Shown piece after piece: positions 59,076-64,000 of a DNA stretch of 64,000 bases. The stretch comes from the human T2T-CHM13v2.0 reference genome, Homo sapiens. The stretch lies in the NCBI RefSeq assembly GCF_009914755.1, contig NC_060933.1. One strand, given 5' to 3'. The position numbers and the translations under genes are program-made. Under the pieces are notes generated by a model that was given only the letters and a program-made list of their open reading frames with translations, searched no databases and was not told where the DNA came from. Numbering within the stretch: position 1 is the stretch's first letter; each line of letters opens with the position of its first letter.

Positions 59076-59952
59076 TGTTACCAGAAAGGGGTCCCAATCC
59101 AGGCCCCAAGAGAGGATTCTTGGATCTCATGCAGGAAAGAATTCCAGTCGAGTCCATAGAGAAAAGTGAAAGCAAGTTCATTAAAAAAGTAAAGGAATAA
59201 AGAATGGCTACTCCATAGGCAGAGCAGGGCATTCCCGAAAGCAAGAGGAGGGATGCACCCAACTAGGTACACTTCTTGTTTATATTATGGGGAGAGGCGT
59301 TCTACTACAAGGGTTTGTGATATGGTTTTTCTGTGTCCCCACCCAAATCTCATCTTGAATTCCCAAATGTTGTGGGAGGGATCTGGTGAGGTAATTGAAT
59401 CATGGGGCAGATCTTTCCCATGCTGTTCTTGTGATAGTGAATGGGTCTCACAAAATCTGATGGTTTTGAAAATGGGAGTTTCTCTGCACAAGCTCTGTTT
59501 TTGTTTGCTACCATCCACATAAGATGTGACTTTTCCTCCTTGCCTTCCGCCACGATTTTGAGGCCTCCCCAGCCATGTGGAACTGTAAGTCCATTAAACC
59601 TCTTTCTTTTATAAATTGCTCAGTCTGAGGCATGTCTTTATCAGCAATGTGAAGATGGACTAATACAGTTTGTGATAAAGGATTAATTTTCTTAATTACT
59701 ATATTTTGCAGCAATTGATATTATTATCTTTAAAGCAAAATTACGAATGCTTCTGTTCTCAAGATATTGGGATATCAGGACATTCCTGAGTCTAGGTCTG
59801 TTTAGTAGATGTTACCAATTTGTTCCCTTAACCATAAGCATCTGGAGGCTAGGAATACCTAAGTTCCTGGGAATGCAGCCCAGCGAGTCCCAGCCTCATT
59901 TTACCCAGCCCCTATTCAAGATGGAGTTGCTCTGGTTCAAATGCCTCTAACA
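59076..59952 (-). mobile_element. MER41-family ERV1 solo LTR (interrupted by THE1)
   Basis: reverse complement starts TGTTAGAGGCATTTGAACCAGAGCAACTCCATCTTGAATAGGGGCTGGGTAAAATGAGGCTG; 4-bp TSD ttat/ttac. Confidence 0.85.
59318..59667 (+). mobile_element. THE1 solo LTR
   Basis: tgatatggttt...ggactaataca; perfect 5-bp TSD GTTTG. Confidence 0.93.
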
Positions 59953-60368
59953 TTACGACAGAGACCATATGTTCTGCAAAGCCAAAAATAATATCTGACC
60001 CTATAAAGACAAAGTTTGTGAACTTCTGGTCTAGATGGATATAAACTTTTTAGAAGCCTTAATATCTGGTTAGCATTTAACTGACTTTTCATGAAAAATA
60101 GTGATTTGACCCTTTTGGGGAAAGACTTGATTTCCTTCTGGGAAGCAAACGTTCTGGGTAGAATGATATAGATTCTTAAGGTTTCTTAGAAATGGAAATA
60201 TAAATCAGAATTATATTTATAAATTCATTTCAGGAATTAAATATTCAAGTGTGCTATATCTTTTTCTCTTTTAAGTGGGAAAAAATGGGCCTATATGATG
60301 TGAATTCCTTATAGTTTCTTAGCATACTTTCCCACAGCGGGACTAGTAAGTCACTGTTATACTAATTA

Positions 60369-60650
60369 CAGTATTCCCACCTTATCTGTAGTTTTGCCTT
60401 CTGCAGTTTCAGTTACCTGTGGTCAACCACAGTACAAAAATATTAAATGGAAAATTCCAGAAACAAACAATTCATAAGTTTTAAGTTGAGCACTGTGCTA
60501 GTAGCATGATGAAATCTCACGCTGTCCTGCTTCCTTACTTCATTTCATCATGTAGGCATTTTATCATTTCACATCAACACAAGAAGGGTGAGTATAGTAC
60601 AGTAAGATATTTAGAGAGAGGGCATATCCACATAACTTTTATTACAGTAT

Positions 60651-60700
<50 letters not shown>

Positions 60701-61189
60701 TTATTTTGAGACAGAATCTTGCTTTGTTACCCAAGCTGGAGTGTAGTGGCACAATCTTGGCTTACCGCAACCTCCACCTCCTGGGTTCAAGCGATTTCTT
60801 GTGCCTCAGCCTCTGAGTTGCTAGAATTACAGGTGTGCACCATCACGCCTGGCTAATTTTTGTATTTTTAGTACAGATGGGGTTTTGCCATGTTGGCCAT
60901 GCTGGTCTCGAACTCCTTGCCTCAAGTAATCCATCCTCAAGTAATCTTGGCCTCCCAAAATGCTGGATTACAGGCATGAGCCACCGTGCCTGGCCTATTA
61001 CAGTATATTGTTATAATTGTTCTACTATATTATTGTTTTTAATCTCTTACAGTGCATAATTTGTGAATTAAACTCTATTGTATGTATAGGAAGAAAGATA
61101 GGATATATAGGGTTCAGTACTATTCATGATTTCTGGCATCCACAGGGGATCTTGGAATGCATCCCTTGCAGATAAGGGGGGGACTACAG
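60369..61189. mobile_element. MER44 (Tigger7)-like MITE containing an antisense Alu (~60695-60995) with a (CA)n tail at 60653-60692
   Basis: TA|cagtattcccaccttatc...gataagggggggactacag|TA; Alu TSD TATTACAGTAT. Confidence 0.8.
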
Positions 61190-62099
61190 TACTTCATTTG
61201 TCAAGATACTGATCAAAGGCCCTGTACTTCTATAGCTATTTACCTTTCATTCAAAAAGTATTCTTGGCATGGATGGTGTGCTTATTTATGAATTTGTAAG
61301 TACTCAGACATTGCTGAGTCGGAATAAGGTTAATTCATTTTGCAAATTTTACATAATCCACTTTAAATCCACTTTATTCAGAACCTCTTCCTGCCAAACA
61401 TTTTGAGGAGGTAATGGATATTCCTTACCATTTCTTAGTGTTCTTATAAAAACAGGCAAATCAGAATCAAGCCAATTATCTTTGAGCATACACAGATAAG
61501 AGATTAGCTGGACCCTGTTAGGTCCCCTTAGTTTAGGCAGATGATTGCTATGGCTCAACAAGAGGGTCTGTTCCCCGGCAAGGTCTGCAGAAAGAAGCTG
61601 CCAGAAGGAGAATTCTGTGCTCATGAATATTTGTGAGAACAAAGCAGGCAGGCTGTCTATCCTCCCCTTAATGGTGCCTTTTTTGTAGAAAGTTTTTCAG
61701 GCATATAGGGGAATCTCTTTTTTATAGTCCAAAGTAATTATGCAATCAGATTTCCTATCTACCAAAGGATTGGGCATGGAAGGGTTTTAGAGACATATAT
61801 TGTAGTTAAATGTATTTTAAAAATATTATATGTTATTTCAGAACCTTTTTTCCTTTGTTTGTAATGTATGGCTATAATTATTTACATGATACATATTTAT
61901 GGGATTTTAGTGTTTAACTCCAGTTCTTGGTTGTTGCAGGGTTCTTAATGTTGATTTATGCTTCAGCATGCTGATTTCTTCAAGCACTTTAAACAATGAA
62001 GGTATTTGTGTTATATATTTCACACATTTTCTGCACACTTGCCTTTATGAGAGTATCTTTGCTTTTGTACATATAAAAAAGTGGGTGTAACATTTTGAT

Positions 62100-62562
62100 T
62101 CACAACCATTCCTTGAAAAAGAAACCACTATAATAATAGTGTTGAAGGGCAATTAAAAATATATAAAATCATGACTTTCATACAGATATAAAATGAACAT
62201 GTATAAAGAGTTTATTTAACTTATTAATTAATGAAGGAGGCAGTTAAAATGTTACAGTTGGTTCAAAGGGAAATTAAAAGAACCACACATTATATAGGAA
62301 AATAAAGAATACTGGAATGAATTTACAAATAGATGTAAAACAGATCTATCTATGAGGGAAAAATCAATGATGTTCTAGAGAAAATTAATTTACATTTTTA
62401 TGGACAGAAATAATTTACATTGTTTTCTATTTTCTACAACTTACAGAGTTGTAAAATAGCTCAAAGATGATGAAAGGTTAATATAACCTGGAAGGGTGTG
62501 CTAGACAGACACTTAGTAATTTCTCTGGCTCATTTCAATGTCTTTAATAACCTTTTTCCTAC
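62100..62562 (-). mobile_element. Possible MER34-like ERV1 LTR remnant
   Basis: tttatttaacttattaattaatga and cctttttcctaca resemble that family; weak recall. Confidence 0.35.
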
Positions 62563-62711
62563 AATAATAACATTAGTGTTTAGTATATCTGGTATAATTA
62601 TAAACATATTATATATCTTAATAAACCTTCACCAAATTATCTTTATTGTAGAGATGAGAAAATGAAGACATTGAGATTTTAATTTGCTCACAGTAAAATG
62701 AAGGAGCTAGA

Positions 62712-62822
62712 ATTTGAAAATACGTATGCTATCATATATATATAAAATCATACATATATATAAAATTATACAGATGTATAAAAGCATACATATATGTAAA
62801 ATATATATGCAAAAAATTATTA
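62712..62822. repeat. Degenerate TA-rich minisatellite (~18-bp catacatatatataaaat units)
   Basis: direct inspection. Confidence 0.7.
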
Positions 62823-62939
62823 AGACAAAAGAATGTAGTCTTTATCAGTGGTTTATGGGATATCCATGATTTGTGTTTAAAAAAAAAGGAAGATGTAGAA
62901 TAATGTGTGTAGAATTATTTTATTTCTATAAAAACAAAC

Positions 62940-63770
62940 TTACATGGGGCAACAGGAACTCTCATTCATAGCTGGTGGAAATGCAAAATGGTACAGCCAC
63001 TTTGGAAGACAGCTGGGATACTGTTATCATACATGACAGCAGTTGCATTCCTTGGTATTTCCAAATGAGTTGAAAACCTAGGTTCACACAAAACCAGCAG
63101 ATGGTTGTATATAGCTCTCATCCTTATCCATATTTGTCAAAACTTGGAAGTAATCAAGATGTCCTTCCTAGGTGAACTGACAAACTGTGATACATCCAGA
63201 CAATGGAATATTATTCCATTGTTTATTCCATTGTTTTTAGACAGTAGAGTCCTCCTAATCGTACAAGGAAGTAAGTTACCAAACTATGAAAAGACATGGA
63301 AGAATCTTGAAGGCTTATTAAAGAAGCCAATCTGAAAAGGCTACATACTGTATAATTCCAACTGTAGGACATTTTGGAAAGGAAAACTATAAAGACAGTA
63401 AAAAGATCAGTGATTGCCAGCATTTAGGAGGCAGGGGGGATGAAGAAGCAGAGCACAGAGGATTTTTAGGGTCAAGAAATGATTCTGTACCATACTATAA
63501 CTGTGGATATGATATTATGTATGTCAAAACCCATAGAATGTATAATACCAAGAGTGAGCCCTAATATAAACTATGGACATTGGGTGATAATGATGTGTCC
63601 ATGTAGGTTCATTGATGATAACAAATGGACCGCTCTGGTGCTGGATGCTGATAGTGGGGGAAGTGATGTTGGGGTGGGAGGAAGAGAGCATATGAGCACT
63701 CTGTGTACTTTCTACTCAATTTCTCTGTGTACCTAAAACTATTCTAGAAAATAAAGTATATTGAAGAAAA
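62940..63770 (+). mobile_element. L1MC/L1MB-like 3' end
   Basis: caggaactctcattcatagctggtggaaatgcaaaatggtacagccactttgg...acctaaaactattctagaaaataaagt. Confidence 0.8.
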
Positions 63771-64000
63771 CCAAGCAACCAACCACCCAAGCACACTGAC
63801 CAAATAGCTAACCAGCAAACAAGCCAAACCCCTATGTATGTATTTACATGCTTGTGTATGTTTTTGTGACTGGGAGGAAGATGTGGAAGAATATTCCACT
63901 GGTTTTTATTAAGGATCAGAGGATGGGGGCAGGCTACTTGATTTGGATGATTGTTTTCTTTGTATACCTTTTGTTTTAGTTATTGAACAAGCAGGCATTT

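Larger units (their letters stand above)
58941..60028. mobile_element. MER58A-like hAT MITE split by LTR insertions
   Basis: gaggtcagcaaac...cacacagccatgcccattt and gacagagaccatatg...gtttgtgaacttctg; hAT-type 8-bp TSD gcctagag/gtctagat. Confidence 0.7.

Overview
This is human genomic DNA that I recognise as the 9q31 TMEFF1/CAVIN4 locus. The + strand carries the last five coding exons and 3' UTR of TMEFF1 (tomoregulin-1: second follistatin/Kazal domain, EGF-like domain, TM helix, cytoplasmic tail). The complete two-exon CAVIN4/MURC gene (364 aa) starts about 0.5 kb later, followed by about 20 kb of intergenic DNA. Most of the remainder is retrotransposon and DNA-transposon debris (THE1/MST, MER41, LTR41, Alu, L1, L2, MIR, MER1A, MER44, MER58). 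The most notable non-obvious elements are: (1) an orphan CpG-island promoter at about 54.2-54.8 kb with NRF1/ETS/Sp1/E2F motifs and no associated protein gene; (2) a tailless, 3'-truncated 7SK retrocopy with a 17-bp TSD, antisense in the CAVIN4 intron; (3) co-oriented CTCF motifs at 57.3 and 58.5 kb; (4) two overlapping AATAAA hexamers abutting the CAVIN4 ATG; (5) a very young AluYa5; (6) a triple-nested MER58/MER41/THE1 insertion. I found no convincing novel protein-coding gene. Repeat subfamily names and motif calls come from my recall of consensus sequences, not from a search, and boundaries of old repeats are approximate.
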